Shown: positions 1 through 12,390, counted from the first letter of the stretch. The stretch: 64,000 bases of DNA from Octopus sinensis (GCF_006345805.1 NC_043010.1:54374001-54438000); one strand, 5' to 3'. Made by a program: numbers and translations. The notes: generated from the letters alone by a model not told the origin.

Positions 1-165
1 CGAAATTTACCCCATAATCAATTTAACTGTCTCTGCATTAGGAGTTATATTGTTTTCGTCCCCACCCCCGGCGTATATAATATTTGGGCGTCAGATTTTG
101 TGTAGAGTCGTCTAAATGCTGGTATTAGTGTTCTATATAGTGTTCATAATTAAAATAACAACGAT

Positions 166-406
166 GACAATTTGCATGTTTATTGCAATTATATTATAGG
201 ATATGCTTACAGCGCCCGGTATGGGAATCGAAACCGCGATCCCCCGACGGCGAGTTCGCTGCCCTAAACACTGGGCCATTGCCCCTCCACGTTCATAATT
301 GCCACTACTTTACTGTCATACACGTTTATAATTTGAATTTTACAAATTAATTGAACTGCTGACAATTTGCATGTTTATTGCAATTATATTATAGGATATG
401 CTTACA
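166..406. repeat. 46-bp direct repeat (166-211 / 361-406) bracketing a duplicated SINE head (212-289)
   Basis: gacaatttgcatgtttattgcaattatattataggatatgcttaca occurs identically twice; the enclosed SINE head matches the 5' end of the copy at 606-898, including its flank cgttcataatt. Confidence 0.85.
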
Positions 407-605
407 TCTTCATTATTCTTATTGTTTTCAACAGATATTTCTTTGAAAAAAAATGGATGATGGCCATATATCTAAATTAAAATTTTGCGCCATTTTGGAT
501 ACCACATTTAGTTTGGTTTTCTATTTTTAATTGTTCTTTTTACTGTGCCGACAAAACGCTTTTTTCAGACAATTAGGAAATTGGACTGATGGTTTACTTT
601 TTACT

Positions 606-898
606 TTTTCAAGCCTAGCCAGGCTCATCGGCCCGGTTTCCCGGTTTCTGTGGCGTATGTGCTCCCCCTAGCTGGACGGGACGCCAGTCCATCGCAGTGC
701 TACCCAAGATACAGGAAGAGAGAGAGACAGAGTAAGAGAAAGTTGTGACAAAAGAGTACAACGGGGGTCAACACCACCCGTGAAGCTTTTAGGTGTTTGC
801 GCTCAATAAACACACACACAATGCCCTGTATGGGAATCGAAACCGTGATTCCCCGACGGCGAGTTCGCTGCCCTAAACACTGGGCCATTGCGCCTCCA
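606..898 (-). mobile_element. tRNA-derived SINE, group B, with V-SINE-like domain tail
   Basis: Minus strand starts tggaggcgcaatggcccagtgtttagggcagcg...gtttcgattccc (Pol III A/B boxes) and contains gcgatggactggcgtcccgtccag, typical of the V domain; similar copies at 6.0, 57.9 and 59.3 kb. Confidence 0.85.
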
Positions 899-1284
899 CG
901 TTCATAATTCCTACAGTGGTTAGGGTATTTATTCATACAACATTATACTTAGTAAGAGTTTTATTATCTTTATTTTGCTATTAGCCATATTCTAAGTATC
1001 AATATAACAAATGCTTAAGACACTTTGCTAATCTTAATTTTTCGCTGAACGTTGTTTTTTGACACTCTTCCGTGTATTTGATTATTCAAATATATTTAAA
1101 TTGATATGCATGGTCTAACTACGTTAGCTTTGCTTTACGAAATATGGTATTATTATTCGTAAGCTCTCTTCAGTATCGTATTGGACATCTTTTTCATGCT
1201 GAATCTAATAATTTATAATTTCCAATCAATTTAGCCAAGAAATTCGTAAAGTGCAATCCTCAAAGTATTACTTTTAGCCGCTTT

Positions 1285-1545
1285 TTATTTATTTGCTGTG
1301 AGGAGGGGCATGTCAAAAATAGGTCCAGAGGTTCCTCTGCGTGGTTTAAAATGCGACTCAAAGAGGTTGATGTAAGATTTGCACTCCGCCCTCGTAAATC
1401 CTTCGACAGCAACCACTACGCAGGTGACTAAACCGTGTGTTAGAGAGTTCTTACCCGCGTGGTGCAAAGTTTTCATCTGCAGGTGTAGGCAACCATCAAC
1501 AAAAAGCGGTTGCAGGAACAGGCTGTTACAGTACATTCCCCATGC
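1285..1545 (-). mobile_element. possible degenerate LINE (CR1-like) 3' remnant
   Basis: Higher-complexity island; minus frames give YCNSL, LPTPADE and NSLTH, loosely like CR1-type C-termini, and it ends in aaataaataaaa; weak. Confidence 0.25.
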
Positions 1546-1595
1546 TGCTGCTGCCACTACTACTACTACCACCGCCACTACTACTACTACTACTA

Positions 1596-1808
1596 CCTAT
1601 TTCTTTATTACCCACAAGGGGCTAAACACAGAGGGGACAAACAAGGACAGACATAGGTATTAAGTCGATTACATCGACCCAGTGCGCAACTGGTACTTAA
1701 TTTATCGACCCCGAAAGGATGAAAGGCAAAGTCGACCTCGGTGGAATTTGAACGAAATACCGCTAAGCATTTCGCCCGGCGTGCTAACGTTTCTGCCAGC
1801 TCGCCGCC
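1596..1808 (-). mobile_element. tRNA-derived SINE, group A, inserted in a (CTA)n tract
   Basis: Head ggcggcgagctggcagaaacgttagcacgccgggcgaaatgcttagcggtatttcg, central gtcgactttgcctttcatcctttcggggtcgataaattaagtaccagt; CTA repeats on both sides. Confidence 0.9.
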
Positions 1809-1840
1809 CTATTACTACTACTACTACCACCACCACCACC

Positions 1841-1880
<40 letters not shown>

Positions 1881-2585
1881 TCCTCTACAATTTGGGAAAG
1901 CTTTCCATGATGCTAGCTTTCCTATACTTATTCACTTACAATTTGGTGTAAAACGCGAGATTTTCTTGCCAATGAAAGATATTAAAAGGGAAGACTGTTA
2001 TGTAAAAATACTACGTCAAAAGACTATGTGTGAAGAATTGGTTGCCATCTATTTATAACGTGTTCATGTATATTTTATTACAGCGGTCATAATTAGCTTT
2101 GAAGTGTCCGGAGATTTTCACGTGAAGATCACTCTGAATGAAAACAAGAGAACATCTCAGTTTTATTTGACATGCTAGAAATACCAATCTAATCGGACTC
2201 GAATTGCAACATATCCTTTTAGACAATGTACAGAAGGATTCACGCCTAATACAGAAAATATGTAATACTCCAGTAATATCCCTCAACAGCCGTCGATTTA
2301 ATCAAGTTTATCCTGTTGGTTTTTCAGTTTCTATGATGATAATTTTGCCTTTCATTATCCCAGGATCGATAAATTAATATACTATGCAAATTCTAAGGTT
2401 AATGCAATCAAGATAGTTATTTTCAAGAAAATTACTGTATCATAATTAAATTTTTAAAAATTATAATAATAACGATTATTAATTTAGACACAAAGTCAAT
2501 AATGATACAAGTCAAAGTAAAAATATACCGCAAGGCATTTTATCGAATACCCTCTTTCTGACAAAATAATCAATTATAATATTTT

Positions 2586-3210
2586 CAAGGCGCCGAGCTG
2601 GCAGAAATATTAGCACGCCGGGCAAAATGCTTAGCAGTATTTCGCCTTCCGTTACGTTCTCAGTTCAAATTCCGCCGAGGTCCAGTTTACCTTTCATTCT
2701 CTCGGGGTCGATTAAATAAGAACCAGTTACACGCTGAGGCCGATGTGCTCGACTTAATACCTTTGTCTGTCCTTGTTTGTCCCCTCTATGTTTAGTACCT
2801 TGTGAGTAATAAAGAAATAGGTATTTCGTCTGCCGTTACGTTCTGAATTCCAATTCCGCCGATGTCGACTTTGCCTTTCATCCTTTAGGGGTCGATAAAT
2901 TAAGTACCAATTACACACTGGCGTCGATTTAATTGACTTAATCCACTTGTCTGTCCTTGTTTGTTGTCCTCTATGTTTAGCCCCCTGTGGACAATAAAGA
3001 AATATGAAGCATTGGCATGCCAGGCACAATGCTAAGCGGTATTTCGTCTGTCTCTATGTTCTGAGTTCAAATTCTGTCGAGTTCAAATTTACCTTTCGTC
3101 ATTTAGGGGCCGATAAATTAAGTACCGGCTGCGCATTGGGATCGATCCAATCGACTGGCACCCTCCCGCAAAATTTCGGGTCTCGTGCCTTCAACAGAAA
3201 AGAATAATAG
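2586..3210 (+). mobile_element. group A SINE multimer (head + three tandem body units)
   Basis: Body ggtatttcgtctg...ctttcatcc...gataaattaagtacc repeated at about 2640, 2820 and 3040; the last unit has the alternative tail ...caaaatttcgggtctcgtgcc. Confidence 0.85.
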
Positions 3211-3227
3211 TTCTTCAATAAGGGAAT

Positions 3228-3545
3228 GAGTGGATTACATCGACCCCGGTACTTGACTGGTACTTAATTTATCGACCCCAAAAAGATGAGAAGCAAAGTC
3301 TTCCCCTTCTGTATGTGAACCCAAAACAAGAAGACGAACTAAGTGCCGCATTTATTTTCCCCGGCGATCTAATACTTCTGCCAGCGCAGCACCAACACCA
3401 CAGCCACAATAATAATTTATCCTTTCTGCTGTAGGTACAAGGCCTGAAATTTGGAGAGGAGCGGCTAAGTCGACAACATCGACCCCAGTATTCCGCGGGT
3501 ATTTATCTCATTGATCCTCAAAGGATGAAAGCCAAAGTCCAACCT
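3228..3545 (-). mobile_element. two degraded group A SINE fragments
   Basis: gattacatcgacccc...ggtacttaatttatcgacccc and aaggcctgaaatttgg...aaaggatgaaagccaaagtc. Confidence 0.75.
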
Positions 3546-3555
3546 GACAACAACA

Positions 3556-3579
3556 ACGATAATAATAATAATAATAATG

Positions 3580-3640
<61 letters not shown>
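3556..3640. repeat. (AAT)n microsatellite
   Basis: Directly visible; source of the poly-I and poly-Y ORF artefacts. Confidence 0.98.
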
Positions 3641-3642
<2 letters not shown>

Positions 3643-3975
3643 GTCTCTAAAAGAAATGGAGAAACTCTCAAAAAAAGACCAGGAAATAGAGGTAACTAGA
3701 ATGTGGAATCTGAAAACAGAAACAATTCCTATCATAGTAGGTGCATTAGGCATGATAAAAAAATATTCAGACAAATACATAACAAAAACACCAGGACTTA
3801 CAAACACATATAACATACAGAAAATTGCACTACTAGGCGCTGCACACATCCTACACAGAACACTTTCCATACAATAACCATCAGAGCATCACAACAAATC
3901 ACAGCACATACCCAAGGCACACAGAGCTGTGCTCGATAGTGAAGTGAAAGCACGCTATAAAAAATAAAACTACTG
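3641..3975 (+). mobile_element. 5'-truncated R4/Dong-like (RLE endonuclease) LINE 3' end with (AAT)n tail
   Basis: ORF 3641-3877 SLKEMEKLSKKDQEIEVTRMWNLKTETIPIIVGALGMIKK...IQKIALLGAAHILHRTL matches the C-terminus of RLE-type non-LTR elements; a 3' UTR follows, then aataataat; (AAT)n also upstream. Confidence 0.85.
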
Positions 3976-4127
3976 AATAATAATAATAATGATATACAGC
4001 CAATTTGACGGTACCAACGAAGATATGTCACTGTGCAGTGAAAATGTGCTTCCTGGTTTTCTACATCTAGCTTCTAGTGGCAATTATCGTATTTCATGTG
4101 TCCAATTACTATACTCTGTATAGTGCG

Positions 4128-4188
<61 letters not shown>

Positions 4189-4192
4189 CTCC

Positions 4193-4262
<70 letters not shown>

Positions 4263-4265
4263 CTA

Positions 4266-4664
4266 TTTTACTCTTTTACTTGTTTCAGTCATTTGACTGC
4301 GGCCATGCTGGAGCACCGCCTTTAGTCGAGCAACTCGATCCCGGGACTTATTCTTTTTGTAAGCCCAGTACTTATTCTATCGGTCTCTTTTTGCCGAACC
4401 GCTAGGTGACGGGGACGTAAACACACCAGCATCGGTTGTCAAGCAAGCCTAGGGGAACAAACACAGACACACAAGCACACACACATACATATATACATAG
4501 ATATGACAGGCTTCTTTCAGTTTCTGTCTACCAAATCCACTCACAAGGCATTGGTCGACCCGGGGCTATAGCAGAAGACACTTGCCAAAGATGCCACGCA
4601 GTGGGACTGAACCCGGAACCATGTGGTTGGTTAGCAAGCTACTTACCACACAGCCACTCCTGCG

Positions 4665-4667
<3 letters not shown>
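4266..4667 (-). mobile_element. tRNA-derived SINE, group C (CORE-like), full length
   Basis: Head aggcgcaggagtggctgtgtggtaagtagcttgc...ccgggttcagtccc, then gtggcatctttggcaagtgtcttc, internal TA/CA linker, tail ctaaaggcggtgctccagcatggccgcagtcaaatgactgaaacaagtaaaaga. Confidence 0.9.
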
Positions 4668-4701
<34 letters not shown>

Positions 4702-4798
4702 ATATATATAAATATATATATATATAAATATTATATATATAAATATAGATATATATAAATATATATATATATATCTATATTATATAATATATATATAA

Positions 4799-4855
<57 letters not shown>

Positions 4856-4879
4856 TATATAAAATATATATATATATTA

Positions 4880-4928
<49 letters not shown>

Positions 4929-5007
4929 AATATATATAAATATATATAAATATATATATATATATTATATATTATATATATATATACATACATATTATAT
5001 ATATATT
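4668..5007. repeat. interrupted (TA)n microsatellite
   Basis: Directly visible; more than 30 similar (TA)n/(CA)n tracts occur across the window. Confidence 0.98.
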
Positions 5008-5724
5008 ACTGCGTTTATAAAATGTATTTGTCTATATCATATTACGTTATTCCCGCGACACGTACTATTATTGCCTGCAGTTTTAATTTTTATTATCTTT
5101 ATATTTGGACAATTTCTTCAATACTTTTAGAAATACATTGTTATTTATTGGGAATGATAGATCGATAAGGGAACAGTTCATTTCCTGTTGATCACTGGCA
5201 ACAATATCACGTCGATTAGACATGATTTCCCACCTTAGTAATATCGAAATTTTCTGTAGTATAAACCGTCCTTATTGTTATTTTGTGAGACATTTCTGTC
5301 GCGTGGTTACAACAATATATCTGTTTTGTAGATATGCTTCAAGATCAGTTGTCTCTTATCTAAGTCCAGACAACCACAATCAAATACTTGTTCTTTTTTG
5401 TTTTCATTAAAAAAAATCTTTTAACAAACACCCTTAGTCCATCAGGTACATGAGCACATGCACATCTAATCGAATGAATTCTGTTCTCAACCGAAGCCAA
5501 TAATCTTAAGGTATCAGATTTTTGACAAGAAATGTGATAATCTTCGTTCAAATATTATGGTTATCGCTTTTGAAATATTTGTAGATCTTAAAAGGCTTTT
5601 CTTAAATTTGTGTTAGTAGGGAATTCTACATCTTATCTAGGCTTAATTAATTTTCCTTCCTTCTTAGAATTGTCTCTTATTATTGTTAATATTGAAGAAG
5701 GCGCGCTGACACTATCATTAGCAC

Positions 5725-5950
5725 GCTGGGCAAGATACATGTCAGTACTTTTGTCAGTATCACGCCGGTTAAAATGGTTAGCGGCATTTCGTCCGTCTTT
5801 ACCTTCTGAGTTAAAATTCCACCGAGGTCAATTTTCCCTTTCATCCTTTCGGGCTCGATGAATTAATCACCAGTGAAACACTGGTGTCAATGTAATCGAC
5901 TGTCCCCGTCTTCCAAATTTCAGGCCTTGTGCCTTTAGTGGAAAAGATTA
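5725..5950 (+). mobile_element. group A SINE, diverged
   Basis: ggcatttcgtccgtctttaccttctgagttaaaattccaccgaggtcaattttccctttcatcctttcggg...aaatttcaggccttgtgcc. Confidence 0.8.
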
Positions 5951-6044
5951 TTGATATACTGGATAACATAATGACATCTGCTCCTCGATGGTCCATCACG
6001 TAGGTAGTCTTCTAACCTATATTTAGAAATATTTTTTTTCGCCC

Positions 6045-6342
6045 TTTTCAAGCCTAGCGAGGCTCATGGGCCCCGATTCCCGGTTTCTGTGGGGTATGTG
6101 CTCCCCCCAGATGGACGGGATGCCAGTCCATCGCAGCATTACTTAAGAAACAGGAAGAGAGAGTGAGAGAAAGTTGTGGCGAAAGGGTACAACAGGGGTC
6201 GCCACCACATCCTGCCGGAATCTCGTAGAGATTTTGGGTATTTTTGCGCAATAAACACACACAACGCCCGGTGTGGGAATCGAAACCGCGATCCTTCGAC
6301 CGCGAGTCCGCTGCCCTAACTACTGTTCCATTGCGCCTCCAC
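6045..6342 (-). mobile_element. group B SINE with V-like tail
   Basis: Co-linear with 606-898. Confidence 0.85.
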
Positions 6343-7212
6343 ATTAAATATGGTTGAAATATAAAAGGACAGAGTGCAGGTGGCTATATCAACTGCTGGA
6401 TAGTTCTGTTGAGAAATATAGCGTTCATGTCATAAAAACCTCCGTTAATTTCTTTTGTTATGTCTGTTTCTATCTTAATATTTGCAAATAGATAAATCAC
6501 CTCAATGAATAAAGAAACCAATTTTAGGAACCGATGATAATGTAACTAACTTTGTTATTGAATTGTCTGCAAGAGCAACAAAATTACCAAGGAAGTGTGC
6601 TCCAACGTCTTAAACTGATAGAACACATTCGACATTACAGTCAAAGATATAAATATTCAGAAGGAAAAATGGAATACAGACAGCTAAACAGATTTTCATA
6701 ATAGACCTACATCACTTTGGCTGAACAGATCTAAAAATAATTCAACAACAAAAACAGTTCTGCACATATCCAAAATTTTATAAATGCAATTGGATAACAA
6801 TAATAAAATATCTTAAAAGTTATGTTTATATGATATTCTCTTGCATTTTCGACATTCCAAAATCCTGCTATCAAACCTAGCGTAAATACCATGTTGGATT
6901 GTTTCCCTTTGCTCATCACGTATCGTACTAAGATTTTATAGAAAGAATAGTCGAATGTATTAGTTTAAAAATATCATATTTCATTTTAAATCGAGAGGTC
7001 ATCCTTAAAAGTCAGACACAGAAATTCGTGTAATCATTCTAATTCTGGTGTATTTATGATTTGTTCACATTCAGTAAAAGCTGACAAACATCTACTCCTT
7101 ACATTTACTGTAATCTAACACATTTATGGCTAAGAAATATTCTGATATTCTCTTAAACCGAGGTTTCTCTATAGTTTTAACAAATTAGTTTATCAAACTA
7201 AATTAAATATAG

Positions 7213-7420
7213 AAGTATCGTAAGGCGATGTACTGACAGAATCGTTAGCACACCGGACAAAGTGCGTAGCGGCATTTCTTCCGAGTTTAAGCTTTGTGTT
7301 CAACTGATCCGGAGGTCAAATTTGCCATCTTTCGGTGGGTTGACAAAATAAGTACCAGATGAGCACTTGTGTCGATATAATCGACTTATACCTCCTCCAC
7401 GAAATTGTTGCCAATATAGA
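7213..7420 (+). mobile_element. group A SINE, old copy
   Basis: gaatcgttagcacaccggacaaagtgcgtagcggcatttc...gacaaaataagtaccag. Confidence 0.75.
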
Positions 7421-8349
7421 TTGAAGCCAATATGGATGGATGTTATGTTTACCATTCGGGGTGATACGTATAGCTAATACGTGACAATGTATTCCTTCAA
7501 ATGTACACAGAAATTATATCCCATCATATGCTTTATACACTGAAGAGGAATAAATGTAAGATTCATGATTTCATGTAGTGAAAATAAATTCTATATTCTC
7601 TTCCACGAATGTAGAAGAATAAACCGCGTCTGTAATGTGCGAAGATATGTTTGCGAAAACTTCAATCCTGTAAGTTCAATAACAGAATAGAACATATCCT
7701 ATGAACCATGCTGCCAAATCAATGGAGAAGTAAATCCTTAAATCCTTAAAAATGTTTTAGCCCGAAGGCTCTACGCCCTGTAAAAGAAAACGGTAAACAT
7801 TTTTGTCAAGAAATTTACTATGAGTTTTATCTGACCGCAAGAAGATTGCCTCTCTAAGAAAGACCTCAAAACACTTTCAGTAAATATACTTGACTTCAGA
7901 TAGTCTCCATGCAAATGTTTCGTTTTCCTGGAATGTTTAATCAGTGTGATTGCTCCTTCAACACTGTCACTTTCGTTAATTGCAAAAGCTATTCCCTCAT
8001 TCTGAGAAAAGTGAATGGATACTGTATAATAACTTTGGATATGTTAATGTGAACATAGTTCTTTGATAGAGAAAATTGCATTTGTTGTGGCAAACTTCAA
8101 TTATATTACCACTACAAACCACACATTTAAGCATAATGTACATTTTGTTCTCTTTGAATCACAAAACAAAAAAAAAGGCTAGTCGAAGGTATTGGGAAAG
8201 AATTGATCAACATGTTGTGCAAAAGCAATCAACTTATTCATTTGATCAAGGTGATTCAATTCGAACTAAAATGCACAACAAAACAAACAGTATTTGGTCA
8301 CCGGAAACACAACCAATATTATATATATAATATATAGCATACATAATTA

Positions 8350-8569
8350 CGAGGAGTGCTGAAAGGTTCCTGCGTTTGAGTAAAAGAAAATAGAGGAGGA
8401 CCAGTAAAATATGATTATATTAAACATATTCTCCTCTCAGGTTCACACATTTATTTGTAGCGGTTGTTTTTCTTTTTCTCTACGCCTTGTAAAAGAAAAC
8501 GGTAGATTGGGCCTCCATCCAAGCGTTTCGCAATACCTTTACAGTCATGACCTTTTTCGCACAATCTTG
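8350..8569 (-). mobile_element. mariner-derived MITE with degenerate TIRs
   Basis: Left end TA|cgaggagtgctgaaaggttcc, right end ...cctttttcgcacaatcttg|TA; the minus strand encodes the mariner C-terminal KCVNLRGEYV*. Confidence 0.7.
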
Positions 8570-8720
8570 TATGTATAAACACACACACACACACACACGC
8601 ACACACACATACACCAACAATATATATATGTGTATATATATATATATACACACATATATATATATATACACACAACATATATATATAATATATATTATAT
8701 ATATATATATATATACACAC

Positions 8721-8780
<60 letters not shown>

Positions 8781-8782
8781 AT

Positions 8783-8822
<40 letters not shown>

Positions 8823-9079
8823 CTAATGTAGGATAATATTTTTTTCGGGAAAAAGATTTATCAATGGCAAGCATACCAAAAAATACCCATAAAGTTTAAA
8901 TTGATAAATAATTTACAAGATAAGGGCAAAAGAAAATTCTAATGCCAAATATGCCGAAAAAAACAACAAAAATTGTCAATAACGAGACGCATAAATTATA
9001 ATGGTTATTGACAATTTTTGTCTTTTTTTCGGCATATTTGGCATTAGCATTTTTCTTTTGCCCTTATCTTGTAAATTAT
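8823..9079. mobile_element. foldback element in (TA)n, family F (same as 10527-10956)
   Basis: Inverted arms 8908-8983 / 9004-9079; starts ctaatgtaggata exactly as the 10.5-kb copy does. Confidence 0.75.
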
Positions 9080-9146
<67 letters not shown>

Positions 9147-9191
9147 TAGATAGATATATATAGGGGGGTGTGTGTGATTGTGTATAGAAGA

Positions 9192-10266
9192 ATATATTAA
9201 TAAAAGGAATTCCAACCTTGTCTGACTTTCACGTTTTATTTACAATCTTATAATGATATATATAGATAATATATTATAATTGAATAAAATAAAATGAAAT
9301 AGTAGAATGTTAAACGTTCATTCTGATTGAATTAGTACTTTCTGCATTGAATTCTGCAATCTTCGGGTTCATGTAGTAGTGTTGACAGTCATGCTTCACA
9401 ATTTTTTACTGTAGCAAGATGATTGATTCTGTGCTATAAATACAGCTGGGTTGGCTCCAGAGTGCTAGGTTTTGCAAACTGTATTCTGACCAATCAGTGT
9501 GTAGTATCACTCAATTACTTAAGCTGATTGGTTGGTTGAGCTGACTGGTTTAGGCATCACGCTTCGTTGGACATGTCAATAGTCCTGTATCTTGACCCTG
9601 GCCGAAGCAGCAATTGTTGGGTATTTTTAGAAATGTTGTAAATATCCTTTGTCAGAGATTTTTATATTTGTATATTTCAATTGTCATCATCATCATTGTC
9701 AGCACCTTAATTATTGTTGCACCATCACCACTAGCAACAATAATTAAGGTGCTGACAATGATGATGATGACAATTGAAATATAAAAATATACAAATCTCT
9801 GACAAAGGATATTTACAACATTTGTAAAAATAACCCAACAATTGCTGCTTCGGCCAGGGTCAAGATACAGGACTCTTGACATGTCCAACAAAGCGTGATG
9901 CCTAAACCAATCAGCTCAACCAACCAATCAGCTTAAGTAATTGAGTGATACTACACACTGATTGGTCAGGATACAGTTTGCAAAACTTAGCACTCTGGAG
10001 CCTACCCAGCTGTATTTATAGCACAGAATCAATCATCTTGCTACAGTCAAAAATTGTGAAGCATGACTGTCAACACTACTATATGAACCCGAAGATTGCA
10101 GAATTCAATGCATGAAAGTACTAGTTCAATCAGAATGAACATTTAACATTCTACTATTTCATTTTATTTTATTCAATTATAATATATTATCTTATAATAT
10201 ATCATTATAAGATTGTAAATAAAACGTGAAAATCAGACAAGGATGGAATTCCTTTTATTGATATAT
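9192..10266. mobile_element. 1.07-kb palindrome, probably an inverted pair of Penelope-like pseudo-LTRs
   Basis: Arms 9192-9720 and 9734-10266 are reverse complements with scattered mismatches; 13-nt spacer accatcaccacta; arms carry ccaatcag and tataaata motifs and a hammerhead-like motif. Confidence 0.7.
10084..10128 (+). ncRNA. minimal type I hammerhead-like ribozyme (U4C core variant)
   Basis: tgaac-CCGAAGA-t-tgca[gaattcaa]tgca-t-GAAA-gtac-TA-gttca; stem I tgaac/gttca; palindromic stem III. Confidence 0.5.
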
Positions 10267-10526
10267 ATATATATGCATGTATGCATTCATACATACGGGA
10301 AATGGTTCTTATGGTATGTCTATAGCACGTTCGCTAGTGTCCAGTGATTCAAACATATCAACACCAGATTTATAGGATCATACCGACTGTGCCGATAAAA
10401 CGTAAGATACATACAGAGATGATACTGTCTATCATTATTACTATATAAATGTGAATATACATACATATGTGTGTGTGTATACACACATATATCTATATAT
10501 AGATACATATATATATTTATGTATAT

Positions 10527-10956
10527 CTAATGTAGGATACAAGTTTTTCCCAAAAAAATTTTATCAATGGCCAGCATATTAAAAGATACTTTTAAAGGTT
10601 AAATTATAAACAACATATAAATAAGGGCAAACGAAAAACTTTCTAATGCCAAATATGCTAAAAATTGAACATATTGTCCATTTAGCATATAATTTTTTCT
10701 GATTACGCACGCTTTTTCCATGGGTATGTGTAAGCTTCTCATTTACTTCTTTGCCACATGTATCACTGACGAAGGGAGGGTTCTTTTTGAACTAACCCTG
10801 AAATCGGTCCGATATGGTAATAATGGAATTTTTTAGAGATTTCTATCGACCGTTTTTCGAGTAGCGTGCTAACTGAGGAAAAAATATATATGGTAAATGG
10901 ACAATATGTCCATTTTCGGCATATTTGGCATTAGAAATCTTTTCGTTTGCCCTTAT
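10527..10956 (+). mobile_element. family F hammerhead-bearing element (inverted partial copy + sense copy) in (TA)n
   Basis: Inverted arms 10621-10684 / 10894-10956; the interior holds a hammerhead; TA repeats on both sides. Confidence 0.75.
10761..10819 (+). ncRNA. type I hammerhead ribozyme
   Basis: Stem I TATCA/TGGTA; core CTGACGA 10766-10772; stem II AGGG/CCCT; GAAA 10800-10803; stem III TCGG-t-CCGA; AUA cleavage triplet ending at 10814. Confidence 0.75.
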
Positions 10957-10961
10957 ATATT

Positions 10962-11012
<51 letters not shown>

Positions 11013-11015
11013 TAT

Positions 11016-11050
<35 letters not shown>

Positions 11051-11176
11051 TTATGTATATATATATATATTTATGTATATATAACATACATATGTATATA
11101 AATATACATACATACATACATATATATATATGTATAATATACATACATATATATATATATTATATATATATATTAT

Positions 11177-11260
<84 letters not shown>

Positions 11261-11761
11261 CATATGCACAAAGCATTATGTAGCTCAAATGCACCTTAGA
11301 CACTACCATGTTTGAAGTGCTATAATTAGTGAACTTTTTAAAATCTAAGTACGCATAAATATTACTTGATGTCTTGAGACATTCTAAAATACCGTTAAAG
11401 CGTTTACAGATTAAAATTGTAGAAAAACGGAAAATACTCTATCGGATGACGTGATATTTACCGAATGATGTGACTCTTACCGATATATACGTGTTCAGTA
11501 TTGTACAACGTATTAGTCAGATCGTGGATGGAGCCTAGTGTACGATGACCGTATAGAGCATTTGAAATGAAAGAACATCATAGGATGATTGATGAACTGT
11601 GGGACGTAAAAGAAATGTGAAGGATATTGTAAAGCTCATTTGAGATTTCCTTGGTAACCTAACAAACAAATACGGGATGGTAAAGGAGCAACAAAGAGCA
11701 TTTGGGATTTGAATAAAGTTAAATATTCCAACAGGCACAAATATATACACGTCAATCAATC

Positions 11762-11784
11762 AATCTATCTATCTATCTATCTAC

Positions 11785-11851
<67 letters not shown>

Positions 11852-11917
11852 ACCGTCTGTCTATATATCTATGTATCTATATATCTATTTATCTATCTAT
11901 ATCTGACTGTCTGTCCG

Positions 11918-11983
<66 letters not shown>

Positions 11984-12047
11984 CGTCTGTCTGTATATCT
12001 ATGTATCTATATATCTATTTATCTATCTATATCTGACTGTCTGTCCG

Positions 12048-12087
<40 letters not shown>

Positions 12088-12183
12088 ACCGTTTGTCTGT
12101 ATATCTATTTATCGATCTATCTATTTATCTATCTATATCTGACTGTCTGTCTGTCTATCTATCTATATATATATATCTGTCTG

Positions 12184-12239
<56 letters not shown>

Positions 12240-12321
12240 ACCGTTTGTCTGTATATCTATTTATCTATCTATCTATTTATCTATCTATATCTGACTGTCT
12301 GTCTATCTATCTATATATCTG

Positions 12322-12363
<42 letters not shown>

Positions 12364-12390
12364 GATCTATCTATCTGTCTGTCTGTCTCT
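11762..12390. repeat. compound (ATCT)n satellite with higher-order units
   Basis: ATCT arrays interrupted by a recurring ccgt[ct]tgtct[ag]tatatct...atctgactgtctgtc block four times. Confidence 0.95.

Noticed and set aside
7771-8043. 90-codon stop-free minus-strand frame
   Set aside because: No convincing start or donor, no recognisable motif, and its end overlaps a mariner-like fragment.
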